NCBI GenBank assembly: GCA_965277285.1 | Contig: OZ255721.1 | Coordinates: 64,001-128,000 of the forward strand | Length of the DNA: 64,000 nt | Direction: 5' to 3' | Origin: Abditibacteriaceae bacterium | GTDB lineage: Bacteria; Armatimonadota; Abditibacteriia; Abditibacteriales; Abditibacteriaceae | Part shown: piece by piece, positions 38,680-49,312 of the stretch | Position numbering within the stretch: position 1 is the first letter of the stretch | How the letters are laid out: each line of letters starts with the position of its first letter | Made by a program: the position numbers and the translations under genes | The notes under the pieces: generated by a model | What the model saw: the letters and a program-made list of their open reading frames with translations, nothing else | Databases searched by the model: none | Told to the model about the DNA's origin: nothing

Positions 38680-38979
38680 ATGAGCGGAACCAAGAAGCTA
38701 CTGTTGGTCGTTGAAGATGCCTTTACGGTGTCGGGACGCGGTCTTATCGTTTTCCCTTTTCTAACTCTGGAAGTTATCGGCAATAAGAAGATTGAGCACT
38801 ACCAACCGATTGCTGTGCGCCTAATTCATAGAGACGGCACTCAAGACGAGACTGAGGCAAAACTTGGTTTCGAGCATTTCAACCCAGGTGGTTACCATCT
38901 GTTTTGTATTTTCCCTAATGCCACCAAAGAACAAATTCCAATTGGAACCGAAATCTGGCTGCTCGAAGATTTGTCTTGA
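38680..38979 (+). CDS. Hypothetical protein (beta-rich, resembles EF-Tu domain 2)
   Basis: VEDAFTVSGRG...IPIGTEIW pattern; AGGTG before ATG. Confidence 0.55.
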   Translation: MSGTKKLLLVVEDAFTVSGRGLIVFPFLTLEVIGNKKIEHYQPIAVRLIHRDGTQDETEAKLGFEHFNPGGYHLFCIFPNATKEQIPIGTEIWLLEDLS

Positions 38980-39045
38980 TCGAGTGCTCGATAACGAACC
39001 TGAAGCATGAGCGACGGGCAGGTTATGCTGTAATGTAACGATTTC

Positions 39046-39387
39046 TCATTCGTCATCGGAAGCTGAAGCAACACGCAGCATAGACCGTATGATTAGCCAT
39101 GCAAATTTATATATGAGAAAAACGACCAAAAGAATAAATAACGACCAGACAATGCTGTCTAAGAAATATACGAGAAATGACAGAGAAGAACTCCAGTTTT
39201 TGGTCAAGTGCAAAATTGGAAGTTGCAGAGTGTGAACGTAAAGAAGCCATTCTACACTTTTTTCCAATCCTGATAATGAGCCTGTTTTGTGCGCTTGGTC
39301 AATGTATAAGAACGTTGCAAAGCGAGCAACCATCAAGACAAAGATGGCGGCTAATAGCGATAATTTGTGCTTCACGGATGGCTTCAT
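39046..39387 (-). CDS. Hypothetical membrane protein
   Basis: 113-aa hydrophobic ORF directly downstream of recQ; AT-rich. Confidence 0.5.
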   Translation of the reverse strand: MKPSVKHKLSLLAAIFVLMVARFATFLYIDQAHKTGSLSGLEKSVEWLLYVHTLQLPILHLTKNWSSSLSFLVYFLDSIVWSLFILLVVFLIYKFAWLIIRSMLRVASASDDE

Positions 39388-39412
39388 ATCACTTATTTCT
39401 TTCTCTCATAAT

Positions 39413-41650
39413 TCAACTTTTCTCTTCCCACAAAACGTCCAAAATCGCCGGGCCGTATTGCTCGACTTTGGCCGGGCCGATGCCGCTGATGGACAACAAT
39501 TCGGTTTCACTGGTGGGTTTGCGCAGGGCGATTTCGAGCAGAGCTTTGTCGCTGACGACGCAATACGGCGGCAGATTGCGCGTTTCGGCTTCGCCGCGGC
39601 GCCACTTGCGCAACGCTTCAAAAACCGCGTCTGAAGCCTCGTCATTCAGTTCATCGCGCGTAGAAATCGCCAGCGGCGCTTTGATTTGAAGTTCTTCCTT
39701 ATTCTGCCAGGCGTCGCGTCCGGCTCGCGTGATGCGGCACACGAAATATTCGTCTTCGTCGCCTTGATGCAGCAAACCATGCGCGATCAAACTTTCCAGC
39801 CAACCATCAACCGCGCTTTCCGATGCGCCTTTCAAGACGCCAAATAGCGGACAGCCTTCGTTCTTGAATCGTGTCACGTCTTTGGAATTGGAGCCGCGCA
39901 GCAGTTTGTTCAAGCGCGCTTTGCCGACCTGCGGCCACAACGCGTCCAAACCTTGCAGCAGTTGATGAATGTCGGTCGCATCGACGCGGTTCGGCATCGG
40001 CGCGCGTTGTTTGGGCGCCAGTTCGACATTTCGAGTACTCGATTCCGCTGCGGACGCTTCGGGCGGCGCTTCGCAGTTGTCGCAACAGAAACGGATTTTT
40101 TCGCCGTCGCTTTTGGTCGTCCATTCGGCTTCGGGACGCTCGAAATCGCCGAAGTAACTCAAAGTCGTTTTGCGGCGGCAAACCGTTGTTTTGCAATAGC
40201 CCATCATTTCGTCCAAACGCCGAAAACGTTCGGTGCGCTGCTTGTCCAAATCGGCGGCAATGCGGCGAAGCGCAGCAGCCGGAAAAACGCGATCGGTGAT
40301 TTGCAGAAAGGTTTCGTCGCCGGTTTCGCCCAATCGTCGCAGAACGTTCGCGCGTTCCATTTCGCCCAGCGCCAGGCGACTTTTTACTTCGTTCCAGCCC
40401 AGATTCTGGTTCCACCAACCGCGCGGAATCGCCAGCGTTCCCTGTCCGCGCAGGCACAATTCGGTATGCGCGCGACGAATATCTTCGGGCGTCAGCGCGT
40501 CGTTTTCGATGAACCATTCGCGCGTGCGTCGGTCGGCGAAGTTGTACAAAACCACGCAGCGACTGCGCTTGCCGTCTCGTCCGGCGCGCCCGGCTTCCTG
40601 ATAATAACTTTCCAGGCTGTCGGGATAAACGTAATGCACCACAAAGCGCACATCCGGCTTGTCGATGCCCATGCCGAAGGCGTTCGTCGCCACCAGAACC
40701 GCCAGATCGTTGTTGATCCAGCGATTTTGCAAATTGTTGCGCGTGCTTGGGTCAAGCCCCGCATGATACGCCGCCGCGCTTCTGCCGACGCTTTGCAACG
40801 CTTTGTTCGCCAGAGTTGCGACTTCATCGCACTGCTTGCGCGTGGCGACATAAATCAATCCGCTGCCGCCCATTCTGGCCAACTTCGGCAAAGCTTTGCT
40901 CAATCGTTCCTGGCGTTCCGTGTCGCTTTTGCAACGATGAACCGCGAAATGCAGGTTTGGGCGATTGAAGCCGCCGACCAGTTTCAACGGCTCGTTCATG
41001 CCCAGATTGGCGACAATACTTTCTTGCACGCGCAACGTCGCGGTCGCTGTAACCGCCAAAAGCGGCGGTCGCCCCAGACTTTCGATGACGGGCTTGAGCG
41101 TCATGTAATCGGGCCGAAAATCGTGTCCCCATTCCGAAATGCAGTGCGCTTCATCGACCACAAAACGCGCGATTCGCGTACTCGAAAGCGCCTGCACAAA
41201 CGCCTGCGAACGAAAGCGTTCCGGCGCGACATAAAGCAGGCGAATGTGACCGCCGCGAATCGCCTCCAACAACGCGCTTTGCTCGTCCTGACTTTGCAGC
41301 GAATTGAGATAAGCGCAACCCAATTGCTTGAAAGAAGTGCGACTTTTCAGCGCCTCGACCTGATCGCGCATCAGTGCAACCAAAGGCGAAATCACCAGCG
41401 TCAAACCTTCGTCGAGGGCAGCCGGAAGTTGAAAACACAGCGATTTTCCAGCGCCCGTCGGCATCACAACCAAAACATCGCGCCCTTCCAGCGAAGCCGC
41501 AATCGCTTCTTCCTGATGCGGACGAAAACCGTCGAAACCAAAATTATCGCGCAAAACCTCGCGCAAAGTTTCGCTGGTGAATCGAGTACTCGATGGAAGT
41601 TCTTGGGGGTTTTGTGGTGAAATTTCGAGTGAAGAAGTGGCGGCGAGCAT
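39413..41650 (-). CDS. recQ: ATP-dependent DNA helicase RecQ (with RQC-like and HRDC domains)
   Basis: MPTGAGKSLC, VDEAHCISEWGHDFRP, ATNAFGMGIDK, YYQEAGRAGRDG, CRR...CCDNC, HRDC tail. Confidence 0.95.
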   Translation of the reverse strand: MLAATSSLEISPQNPQELPSSTRFTSETLREVLRDNFGFDGFRPHQEEAIAASLEGRDVLVVMPTGAGKSLCFQLPAALDEGLTLVISPLVALMRDQVEALKSRTSFKQLGCAYLNSLQSQDEQSALLEAIRGGHIRLLYVAPERFRSQAFVQALSSTRIARFVVDEAHCISEWGHDFRPDYMTLKPVIESLGRPPLLAVTATATLRVQESIVANLGMNEPLKLVGGFNRPNLHFAVHRCKSDTERQERLSKALPKLARMGGSGLIYVATRKQCDEVATLANKALQSVGRSAAAYHAGLDPSTRNNLQNRWINNDLAVLVATNAFGMGIDKPDVRFVVHYVYPDSLESYYQEAGRAGRDGKRSRCVVLYNFADRRTREWFIENDALTPEDIRRAHTELCLRGQGTLAIPRGWWNQNLGWNEVKSRLALGEMERANVLRRLGETGDETFLQITDRVFPAAALRRIAADLDKQRTERFRRLDEMMGYCKTTVCRRKTTLSYFGDFERPEAEWTTKSDGEKIRFCCDNCEAPPEASAAESSTRNVELAPKQRAPMPNRVDATDIHQLLQGLDALWPQVGKARLNKLLRGSNSKDVTRFKNEGCPLFGVLKGASESAVDGWLESLIAHGLLHQGDEDEYFVCRITRAGRDAWQNKEELQIKAPLAISTRDELNDEASDAVFEALRKWRRGEAETRNLPPYCVVSDKALLEIALRKPTSETELLSISGIGPAKVEQYGPAILDVLWEEKS

Positions 41651-41662
41651 GACCAAATTATA

Positions 41663-42901
41663 TCACGCACGAGGTTTTGGTTTTTGCGGTTGCGTCACGT
41701 CTTCGAGTACTCGAATGACAGCAATTTTATTTACGTCGCGCGCCCAATCGAGCGCGGTTCTGCCGTCTCTATCGCGCATTTTTGGGTTCGCACCGTGTCG
41801 CAAAAGCAATTTGATGGTTGTCGCGTCGCCGACGCTTGCAGCGTACATCAAAGCCGAACTTCCATCGTCTTCACTTTGCCAGTTGACTTTTGCGCCTCTT
41901 TGCAACAGTGCTTGCACAATGTCGGGTACGAAACGCGACGACGCACAGAGCAGCGGCGACCAATGATCGTCGCAAACGTTGACATTCGCGCCGTGATTCA
42001 CAAGCGCCCAGAAGATTTTATTTTGAGATTGCGGCAAGACATCTGGTTCGCCATGCATCTGAACCAGTGACAGAAGAATCGGTGCGTCGGTCTCATCGTC
42101 ATAGTGTTTAGCGGGGAAAAGATTCGGGTTTGCGCCATGATCGAGCAGAAGTTCAACAATTTCCGGGTTGTGTCTTTTTACGGCGTAAGACAAAGCCGTC
42201 GTGCCTTTTCGCTGCGCCGGTTTTGTTATTACGGCGTTGACTACCGCGCCGCGTTGCAAAAGCATTTGAACTCTTTGAGGACTGAAGTGTGCGACCGCGC
42301 GCATCAATGGCGTGAGGTCAGCGTAATCGTGACTAATTATTGAACGTGTGTTGACGTTGGCGCCGCCTTCGATGAGCAAACGAGCGAACTGATTGTTTCT
42401 GCGAAGCGCCTCAGGCAAAATGGGATTGTCGTCTGTACCGTTAGCTCCGTCAATGTCAGCGCCTTTTTGGAGCATTTCTTTGATGAGTTGTGCGGAGTCG
42501 AGATTTGTAACCGCTTCATAAAAAGGAGTTGAATCGGTGGGCGCGGAACGATAATTGGGATTGGCGCCGTTTTGCACCAGAAAAAGAGCGATGTCAACGC
42601 GATGTCCATTAACGGCATCCGAAAGAGCAGAGCCTGCGAAAGAAGTGTCGTTAACGTCCGCGCCACGCGCTACCAATTGCCTTATCTTTTTGAGATTTCC
42701 ACCGACACTAACTTCCATGCGCAAATCCTGACTTAAGCTTTTACGCAACGACGGCACAAAATAACAAGCTGTGCGATAACCTGTATCACGAATTGGCGCG
42801 CTGAAAAGTAGCGGCACGCACAACAAAGCGCAAAGCGCCGCCAAATGCAGAACCTCGCGTCGCGCTTTTCCCTTCGGCTTTTCGGTGTTTTGGATTGTCA
42901 T
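41663..42901 (-). CDS. Ankyrin-repeat protein (start uncertain; frame open to 43180)
   Basis: Repeated GADVN/GANPN, TPL/TAL motifs; N-terminal hydrophobic segment. Confidence 0.85.
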   Translation of the reverse strand: MTIQNTEKPKGKARREVLHLAALCALLCVPLLFSAPIRDTGYRTACYFVPSLRKSLSQDLRMEVSVGGNLKKIRQLVARGADVNDTSFAGSALSDAVNGHRVDIALFLVQNGANPNYRSAPTDSTPFYEAVTNLDSAQLIKEMLQKGADIDGANGTDDNPILPEALRRNNQFARLLIEGGANVNTRSIISHDYADLTPLMRAVAHFSPQRVQMLLQRGAVVNAVITKPAQRKGTTALSYAVKRHNPEIVELLLDHGANPNLFPAKHYDDETDAPILLSLVQMHGEPDVLPQSQNKIFWALVNHGANVNVCDDHWSPLLCASSRFVPDIVQALLQRGAKVNWQSEDDGSSALMYAASVGDATTIKLLLRHGANPKMRDRDGRTALDWARDVNKIAVIRVLEDVTQPQKPKPRA

Positions 42902-43206
42902 TTCGAGTACTCGATTGCGCTTTCGGGAGGCTTTGCCACGTGCCTGTAACCAGGCCAAAGCTTGATCGATCAAGCGATTGGTGACATCCGCGTCGCCTTC
43001 GAGACGCGCGCCGATGCGCTGGTCGCGCGCCATCAAAGTTCCCGCACGAGCGCGCAAAATGATGCGCGCCGCCAAACGCGATTTGCGCCAGCATACGTCA
43101 TTTTTGCGAGAGAGGTTCAAGTGCGCGCTCATAATGGTCTTGATTGTACCGCATTTCTGCGCGCTTCCAGGTTGAAGCAATCAATTCGAGTACTCGATTG
43201 CCAATC

Positions 43207-44430
43207 TCAAACGCTGTAGCCACTTTCATCAAACGAAATCGAGTTTGATGGCTCCAAATTGTCAAGGTTTTCTTCGCTCGGCGCGTTCTTCAATAACTTA
43301 CCCAGAATCGGTGGTGCGATGACCGAAGTCAGCAGCGACATGGCGATGATGATGGCGTAAGTCGTATCGGAGAAAACCTTCGCTTGCTTGCCTAAACTCG
43401 CCACGATAATGCCGACTTCGCCGCGCGGAATCATGCCGACACCGACGATGAGCGCGTTCTTCTTGCCCAGCGAAAGCGCGCCCAATCCACAACCGATCAA
43501 TTTCCCAAGACACGCCAAAATTGTCACTATCAGCAGCGAAAGCAGAACCGGAAAGCTCGCCAGTTCGCGCAAATTGACCTGCGCGCCGGTCACGACGAAG
43601 AAGAACGGAACTAAAAACGCCATGATCGGCTGAATCTGACGCTCCAACGTGTCGCGCTGCCGCGTTTCCGCTGCCACCATGCCGGCCAAAAACGCACCGA
43701 TAATCGCCGCCAAACCCAAGTACGAAGCCGCGACCGCCAAGCCCAGACAAAGCGCGAGGCAAATCGAAAGCGGTGAATGCGGGCTGATCGGCGTGTCCAG
43801 CGCGCCCGAAGAATGGCGCATGATTTTCGTGCCGACCAGCGCGATGACAGCCACGAAACCGACGGCTTGAACGAGCACAATCAAAAGCCGCGTAAAATCA
43901 ACTCCGCCGCCGTTTTGCAGCGCTGTGACGACGCCCAAAAGCAGCATCGCCAAAATGTCGTCGATGACCGCCGCGCCTAAAATAACGCGGCTTGCAGTGC
44001 GCGAAAGCATTCCCATGTCCTGCAAAACGCGCGCGGTGATTCCCGCCGAAGTCGCCACAAACGCAGCTGCGATAAACAGCGATTTATTGAGCGAAAAATG
44101 ATTCGCTTCCGCCCACAAAACGCCCAGAAAAAAAGGCACAATGACGCCACAAACGCCGACCAGCGTCGCCGCTTTACCGACTTTCTTCAAGTCTTCGACG
44201 CGCGTTTCCAGGCCAACTGAAAACAACAGCAAAACGGCGCCGATTTCGGCCAGAACTTCCAGCGGTTCGTTGATGTGAACCCAGTTCAAAACCGATACGC
44301 CGACCACGCAACCCGCCGCAATTTCGCCGACAACTGCGGGAAGTTTCAAGCGACCCGCGATTTCCGCCCCGATTTGCGCCGCCACGAAAACCACGAACAA
44401 ACTGAGCAAAATCTGCGTGGTGTGATTCAT
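43207..44430 (-). CDS. Cation:proton antiporter (CPA2 family)
   Basis: VVGEI.AG, LLFSVGLE, AAVIDD, IIGAFLAG, GMIPRGEVG. Confidence 0.9.
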   Translation of the reverse strand: MNHTTQILLSLFVVFVAAQIGAEIAGRLKLPAVVGEIAAGCVVGVSVLNWVHINEPLEVLAEIGAVLLLFSVGLETRVEDLKKVGKAATLVGVCGVIVPFFLGVLWAEANHFSLNKSLFIAAAFVATSAGITARVLQDMGMLSRTASRVILGAAVIDDILAMLLLGVVTALQNGGGVDFTRLLIVLVQAVGFVAVIALVGTKIMRHSSGALDTPISPHSPLSICLALCLGLAVAASYLGLAAIIGAFLAGMVAAETRQRDTLERQIQPIMAFLVPFFFVVTGAQVNLRELASFPVLLSLLIVTILACLGKLIGCGLGALSLGKKNALIVGVGMIPRGEVGIIVASLGKQAKVFSDTTYAIIIAMSLLTSVIAPPILGKLLKNAPSEENLDNLEPSNSISFDESGYSV

Positions 44431-44439
44431 GTTTTATTA

Positions 44440-44621
44440 GCCACAAAGAACACAGAGAACACAAAGAAAAAGCAGAATCGAGTACTCGAAAGTCCCGCTT
44501 TGTCATTCTGAACGCAGTGAAGAATCTGACTTCCACGCAAGACTCTTCACTGCATTCAGAATGACAAACTTACAGTTACATTCTCGATGGTTTCTCTTGG
44601 CGAACTTGGCATCTTGGTGGT
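44440..44621. repeat. Composite intergenic repeat with a diverged inner hairpin (44499-44568)
   Basis: tttgtcattctgaacgcagtgaagaatct ... agactcttcactgcattcagaatgacaaa, preceded by the iterated motif at 44479, inside degenerate outer arms. Confidence 0.8.
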
Positions 44622-45797
44622 TTATTTCAAATGCTTGCCCAATTGGTCTAAATCGCTCTCCGTGTTCATCCAGTGCGGCGAAACGCGAATCCATTTTTGG
44701 CCGGATTTATCGGCGCGAATCGACAACTCAAAATGTTCGCTCAACGCATTGAACAATTCTTCCGTATTGCGTTGCGGATGGTGGAAGGAAACGATGCCCG
44801 CTTTTTCTGATGTCTGCGGATGATAAAGCAGTTCGCAACCGGCGTTTTCGAGTACTCGAACGGCGTGATCGCGCAAAGCAACGACGCGGTTTTCGACTGT
44901 CTGCGCGCCGATTTCTTCGTGCTGCGCCAGAACTGCATCCAGCGCGACGGCGCCGATATAATTGCGCGCGCCTGGCTCGAAACGTTCGGCGGAGTCGAGC
45001 GGCGTTGTGTCGTAGGCGAACCAATTGTCGCGCTCTTTGGGCGACAGCCAACCTAAAATCGCCGGACGCAATTGTTGACGCGCTTCCTTTCTCGACCACA
45101 AAACAGCGATACCATTTGGCCCCAGCAGCCATTTGTGCGCGTCGGCACAAACGAAATCGACATGCGTCGCATCCAATTGAATGGCGCCCAGAGTTTGAAT
45201 CGCGTCCACGCAAAACAAAACGCCGCGCTCGTGCAACCATCCGCCGATTTCAGTGATGTTGATCGGACAGCCGGAAAGAAAATTCGCGCTGCAAAGGCTG
45301 ACGATGCGCGTGCGGTCATCGACCAAAGGTTTCACGTCGTCCAGCGTGATGTTCATCTGTGGACGAAAAGGAATCAGTCGCACATCAATTTCGTGACGAT
45401 GTTGAAGGTTTTTCCACGGGACGACGTTAGCGGGGAAATCGCCGTCCGCGACGACGCAATTATCACCGCTTTTCCAACTGATTCCCGTGGCGACAATTCC
45501 CAAAGCGTGCGACGTGGAACCAGCGAACGCGACATCTTCGTGCGAAGTTTCGACGTTTAGCATCAAGCGCGCGGCGCGAGTTTTGGCGCGCTTGTACATT
45601 TCTTCGTCGCTTGGCTCGAATTGTCCGCGATTCGCCAACGCTGTCGAGTACTCGATAAGTGCGTCGCGCGCGACTTGCGGCAAAGGCGAAACAGACGCGT
45701 GCGCGAGGAAGATTTTGTTCTTGAAAAACGGAAACGCGCGATAACGCCACTCTTGGAAAGCGGCCTCATCGCGCGTCAAAGCGTCGAAGGTATTCAT
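44622..45797 (-). CDS. Class V PLP-dependent aminotransferase / cysteine desulfurase-like protein
   Basis: LAHASVSP, VDAIQTLG, ADAHKWLLGP.G, FEPG, IRVSPH. Confidence 0.85.
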   Translation of the reverse strand: MNTFDALTRDEAAFQEWRYRAFPFFKNKIFLAHASVSPLPQVARDALIEYSTALANRGQFEPSDEEMYKRAKTRAARLMLNVETSHEDVAFAGSTSHALGIVATGISWKSGDNCVVADGDFPANVVPWKNLQHRHEIDVRLIPFRPQMNITLDDVKPLVDDRTRIVSLCSANFLSGCPINITEIGGWLHERGVLFCVDAIQTLGAIQLDATHVDFVCADAHKWLLGPNGIAVLWSRKEARQQLRPAILGWLSPKERDNWFAYDTTPLDSAERFEPGARNYIGAVALDAVLAQHEEIGAQTVENRVVALRDHAVRVLENAGCELLYHPQTSEKAGIVSFHHPQRNTEELFNALSEHFELSIRADKSGQKWIRVSPHWMNTESDLDQLGKHLK

Positions 45798-45845
45798 ATG
45801 AAACAGTTTACAGCGAAACTGTTTCGCGTGAATTAAACGGTGAAA

Positions 45846-46043
45846 TTAAAGCGAGGTGCGGTTGTTGTGGTCGGTTGTAGTTACGACGGTTGTGGTTGGT
45901 TCGTCATCGTCGCGCGTGGCTTTCTTAAATTCCTTCATGCCCTGACCCAAACCGCGCATCATTTCCGGTATTTTCGAGCCGCCAAACAAAACCAGCACGA
46001 TCAACAAGACGATCACCAGTTTTTCGATTCCCATTGCGCCCAT
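45846..46043 (-). CDS. tatA: Twin-arginine translocase subunit TatA
   Basis: LVLFGGSKIPEMMRGLGQGMKEFKKA; GGGAG RBS. Confidence 0.92.
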   Translation of the reverse strand: MGAMGIEKLVIVLLIVLVLFGGSKIPEMMRGLGQGMKEFKKATRDDDEPTTTVVTTTDHNNRTSL

Positions 46044-46252
46044 AATAGTCTCCCTTCGTCCGCCATCGAGTACTCGATACAGCGTTTCGCTGGCGCAAAC
46101 GACGCTTGGAGTATAGCCGCGCGTTCCCTTTCTATCAACACATCTATCAACACAGAAGCAACCAAAAGAAATTCGCGCAACTCCACGCCTTTTCCAGACG
46201 TGGTGACGCTTATTTCAAAGCGGAATTGCTATAATTGCAGCCAGAAACTCTT

Positions 46253-47431
46253 ATGCCAAACGCTCTTCTTTCCGACGATTGCCGCCTCGAAACCGACAAT
46301 CTGTCGCGTCCCAGTTCGCGCCCGACGTGGGCTGAAATCGACTTGTCGGCCTTGCGCCACAACGTGCGCGGCATTCGTCAGCGCGTCGGCGGCAAAACGC
46401 AAATTATGGGCATCGTCAAGGCGAACGCTTATGGTCATGGTTTAGTACGCATCGCGCAGGAACTGGTCGCGTGCGGCGTGGAACAACTCGGCGTCGCTTT
46501 TGTGGAAGAAGGCATCGAATTGCGACAGAACGGAATCCGTGCTCCGATTTTGGTTTTGGGCGGCATTATCGGCGATCAAGTCGAAGAGTTTTTGCGCTGG
46601 GATTTAACGATTACCGCATCGTCGACTTACAAGCTCGAACTCATTGAAGAAGCCGCGCAGAAATTGGGCAAGCGCGCCAAGATTCATGTCAAAATTGATA
46701 CCGGCATGGAGCGTTTGGGCGTTCATCATTACAGCGCCGAAACCTTGCTGGAACGTGTCGCGCAATCGCAATGGTGCGATTTGTGCGGCGTCTTTTCGCA
46801 TCTGGCGACAAGTGAAGGCGAAGACAAATCGTTTACCGAACTGCAACTGGAACGCTTTCTTCGCGTACTCGAATGGTTTCCGCGCAACGGAATCAAAATG
46901 CCGCTGCGCCACATCGCCAATTCGGGCGGCATCTTGAACCATGAAGCAACTTTTCTCGATATGGTGCGTCCCGGCCTGATGCTTTATGGCGTTTATCCTG
47001 CTGAAAACGTCCAACGCACGGTCGAATTGAAACGTGTTCTGTCGCTGAAAACGCGCGTCGTGTTTTTCAAAGTGACCAAAGCCGGCGCGAGCGTTGGTTA
47101 TGGACAAAGTTGGACGGCGCCGCGCGACACGCGCATTGTCACGCTGCCGGTTGGTTATGGCGATGGTTATCGTCGTAGCTTGTCGAACAAAGGTTGTGTC
47201 CTGGTGCGCGGCGTCAAAGCGCCGATTGTGGGCGTTGTTTCGATGGATCAAATCACGGTGGACATTGGGCCAGACGGCACCGCTTACAACGATGACGAAG
47301 TGGTTTTGCTGGGCGAGCAGGGCGGCCAAAAAATTGCCGTTGAAGACTTGGCGCGTTGGATGGACACCATTCCTTACGAAGTGTTGACGGGGATCAATAC
47401 GCGTGTGCCGCGCCTTTATGTGGATAAGTAA
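46253..47431 (+). CDS. alr: Alanine racemase
   Basis: RPTWAEIDL, VKANAYGHG, HVKIDTGMERLG, HIANS, VRPG, GYGDG, SMDQ, TIPYE. Confidence 0.95.
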   Translation: MPNALLSDDCRLETDNLSRPSSRPTWAEIDLSALRHNVRGIRQRVGGKTQIMGIVKANAYGHGLVRIAQELVACGVEQLGVAFVEEGIELRQNGIRAPILVLGGIIGDQVEEFLRWDLTITASSTYKLELIEEAAQKLGKRAKIHVKIDTGMERLGVHHYSAETLLERVAQSQWCDLCGVFSHLATSEGEDKSFTELQLERFLRVLEWFPRNGIKMPLRHIANSGGILNHEATFLDMVRPGLMLYGVYPAENVQRTVELKRVLSLKTRVVFFKVTKAGASVGYGQSWTAPRDTRIVTLPVGYGDGYRRSLSNKGCVLVRGVKAPIVGVVSMDQITVDIGPDGTAYNDDEVVLLGEQGGQKIAVEDLARWMDTIPYEVLTGINTRVPRLYVDK

Positions 47432-47432
47432 T

Positions 47433-47518
47433 TGGCCGGAATCAGGGCAACCACAAGGGTTGCCCCTACATTGGTGTCGTCGTAGGGGCAACCCTTGTGG
47501 TTGCCCTGATTCCGGCCA
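47433..47518. repeat. GTAG-type REP inverted doublet with 37-bp perfect arms
   Basis: tggccggaatcagggcaaccacaagggttgcccctac ... gtaggggcaacccttgtggttgccctgattccggcca. Confidence 0.9.
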
Positions 47519-47538
47519 GCAATCGAGTACTCGAATTG

Positions 47539-48438
47539 ATGCAAACTCAGTTTTTGAATAATTTGTGGCCGCTGCTGCGGCAGATCGATTTGATCGCGCT
47601 CCTGGACATCGCTCTGGTGGCGACGATGATTTATTATCTGCTCGTCTTGGCCAAAGGCACGCGCGCCATTCAATTGCTGAAAGGTTTGGTAACGTTGCTG
47701 GTTGTGATGCAAGTCGCGCAATGGCTGGGTTTGGACACTTTGCAGTGGATTATTCGCCAGGCGATCTTCGCGTCGGCTCTGGTCGTGGTAATTTTATTTC
47801 AGCCGGAATTGCGCGCCGCCTTGGATCAATTAGGACGCGGACAATTGGGCGTTTTGGGTTTGACGCGGCGCCGCGCGACACCCGAAACCGCGCGCAGCGT
47901 CGGCGAAATCACCAAAGCCGTCGATCAATTGGCGCAACGTTCGATTGGCGCTTTGATCGTTATTGAGCGCGACACCGGTTTGGACGATGTTTCGGCTACG
48001 GGAACGCTGCTCAACGCGCGCTTGTCCGCCGATTTTTTGCTGACGCTTTTTTATCCAGGAAACCCGATGCACGACGGCGCGGTCGTGGTCAATGAAGGAA
48101 ACGTTGTCGCGGCGGGTTGTATTTTGCCTTTATCTCAAACGCAAAACTTGCCGCGCACCGTTGGCACACGCCATCGCGCCGCTTTGGGTTTGAGCGAAAC
48201 AACGGACGCGATTGTCGTGGTCGTCAGCGAAGAAAGCGGCAACGTCAGCCTGGCGCACGAAGGCACCATGACTTCTATTTTGCAAACCAAATTGCTGGCC
48301 GATGAATTGTTGTCGCTGCTGGGCAACGCCGAAGGTGCCGCGCGCCTGCGACCTTTCGCGCGCAGCGTTTCTGTCGCGGCGCGCAGCCTGCCGCGCACTA
48401 CGATTGGAACACTACGTGCGGCTTGGAAAAAACATTAA
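47539..48438 (+). CDS. cdaA: Diadenylate cyclase CdaA/DacA
   Basis: Three TM helices, FQPELR, GALIVIER, HDGA, GTRHRAALG.SE.TDA, VSEE.G. Confidence 0.93.
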   Translation: MQTQFLNNLWPLLRQIDLIALLDIALVATMIYYLLVLAKGTRAIQLLKGLVTLLVVMQVAQWLGLDTLQWIIRQAIFASALVVVILFQPELRAALDQLGRGQLGVLGLTRRRATPETARSVGEITKAVDQLAQRSIGALIVIERDTGLDDVSATGTLLNARLSADFLLTLFYPGNPMHDGAVVVNEGNVVAAGCILPLSQTQNLPRTVGTRHRAALGLSETTDAIVVVVSEESGNVSLAHEGTMTSILQTKLLADELLSLLGNAEGAARLRPFARSVSVAARSLPRTTIGTLRAAWKKH

Positions 48439-48446
48439 CGTAACTC

Positions 48447-48539
48447 GTAGGGGCGAAGCATGCTTCGCCCTTTGCTCGTTCCAATACTCGAGAAACTATC
48501 TGGTAGCACAAACAACGGGCGAAGCATGCTTCGCCCTAC
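48447..48539. repeat. GTAG-type REPIN-like doublet (related single copy at 53112-53135)
   Basis: GTAGGGGCGAAGCATGCTTCGCCC ... GGGCGAAGCATGCTTCGCCCTAC. Confidence 0.85.
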
Positions 48540-48544
48540 AACAT

Positions 48545-48985
48545 ATGAATCGTCTTCGCCACAACTGGAATTTGAAATTGATTTCGCTGGGATTGGCGAT
48601 TTTGTTGTGGCTTCATGTACGCGGCGAAGTTAACCCGACCGAAACGGCGGAAATTGATGTGCCTTTGAAGTTGTCGCCGCCCGCTGGCTGGATGTTTCGC
48701 AGCCTGAGCAAATTGCCGCAACGCGTGACGGTCACCGTCAGCGGGCCGCATCTTACGTTGCGCGATATCAAAGGTGGCGCTTTGGCCAATCCGCTCAATT
48801 CTCTTGCGCCCGTCACTTCGTCCACAACCGAAGGCGCGCAGGTCAAATTGTCGCCGGTTGCTTTGGATGCACGCACTGGCGAACAAGAAATCACGCTCAA
48901 TGCGCAAACCGACGCGCCTGATGTCGATGTGCTGGGCGTCAAACCGTCGTCAGTAGTGGTCAATCTCCAACGCGCGAAAAGTTAA
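48545..48985 (+). CDS. cdaR: Short YbbR/CdaR-like protein
   Basis: N..LKLISL.LAILLW..V anchor, P..VTVTVSGP; directly after cdaA. Confidence 0.75.
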   Translation: MNRLRHNWNLKLISLGLAILLWLHVRGEVNPTETAEIDVPLKLSPPAGWMFRSLSKLPQRVTVTVSGPHLTLRDIKGGALANPLNSLAPVTSSTTEGAQVKLSPVALDARTGEQEITLNAQTDAPDVDVLGVKPSSVVVNLQRAKS

Positions 48986-48992
48986 ACCCTCA

Positions 48993-49238
48993 ATGACAAA
49001 ATTGCAATCAGTTCGCATCGCTCTTTGCTCCTCAATTTTGGGTGGTTTGTGCAGCTTTTTGCAATTCGCACTTTGCGTCATGGTGCTGCCTTTGTTCTGG
49101 CCTCCCGCAACCAATGCCTCGTCGAAAGATCTCGGGGAAGTAACAATCACCGCAGTCAGCGTCGTGGCCGCACTTCTTTGCCATGTTTTTGTCACGTTAG
49201 CTTTCATAAAGTTCTTCCAAAAGAGCGCGACACCGTGA
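48993..49238 (+). CDS. Small hypothetical membrane protein
   Basis: 81 aa, two hydrophobic segments, 7 nt after the cdaR stop. Confidence 0.45.
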   Translation: MTKLQSVRIALCSSILGGLCSFLQFALCVMVLPLFWPPATNASSKDLGEVTITAVSVVAALLCHVFVTLAFIKFFQKSATP

Positions 49239-49312
49239 CGACGCGGAACGCAATGAAACTTTAGCTGTCAACCGATGAAATAATTGCCAGGCGATCGAAG
49301 GAGCACGCGAAA

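Noticed and set aside
39953..41620. 555-aa plus-strand ORF and other long antisense ORFs (e.g. 4518-5591, 11617-12603, 23823-25031)
   Set aside because: Shadows of well-supported genes on the opposite strand, with no recognisable motifs
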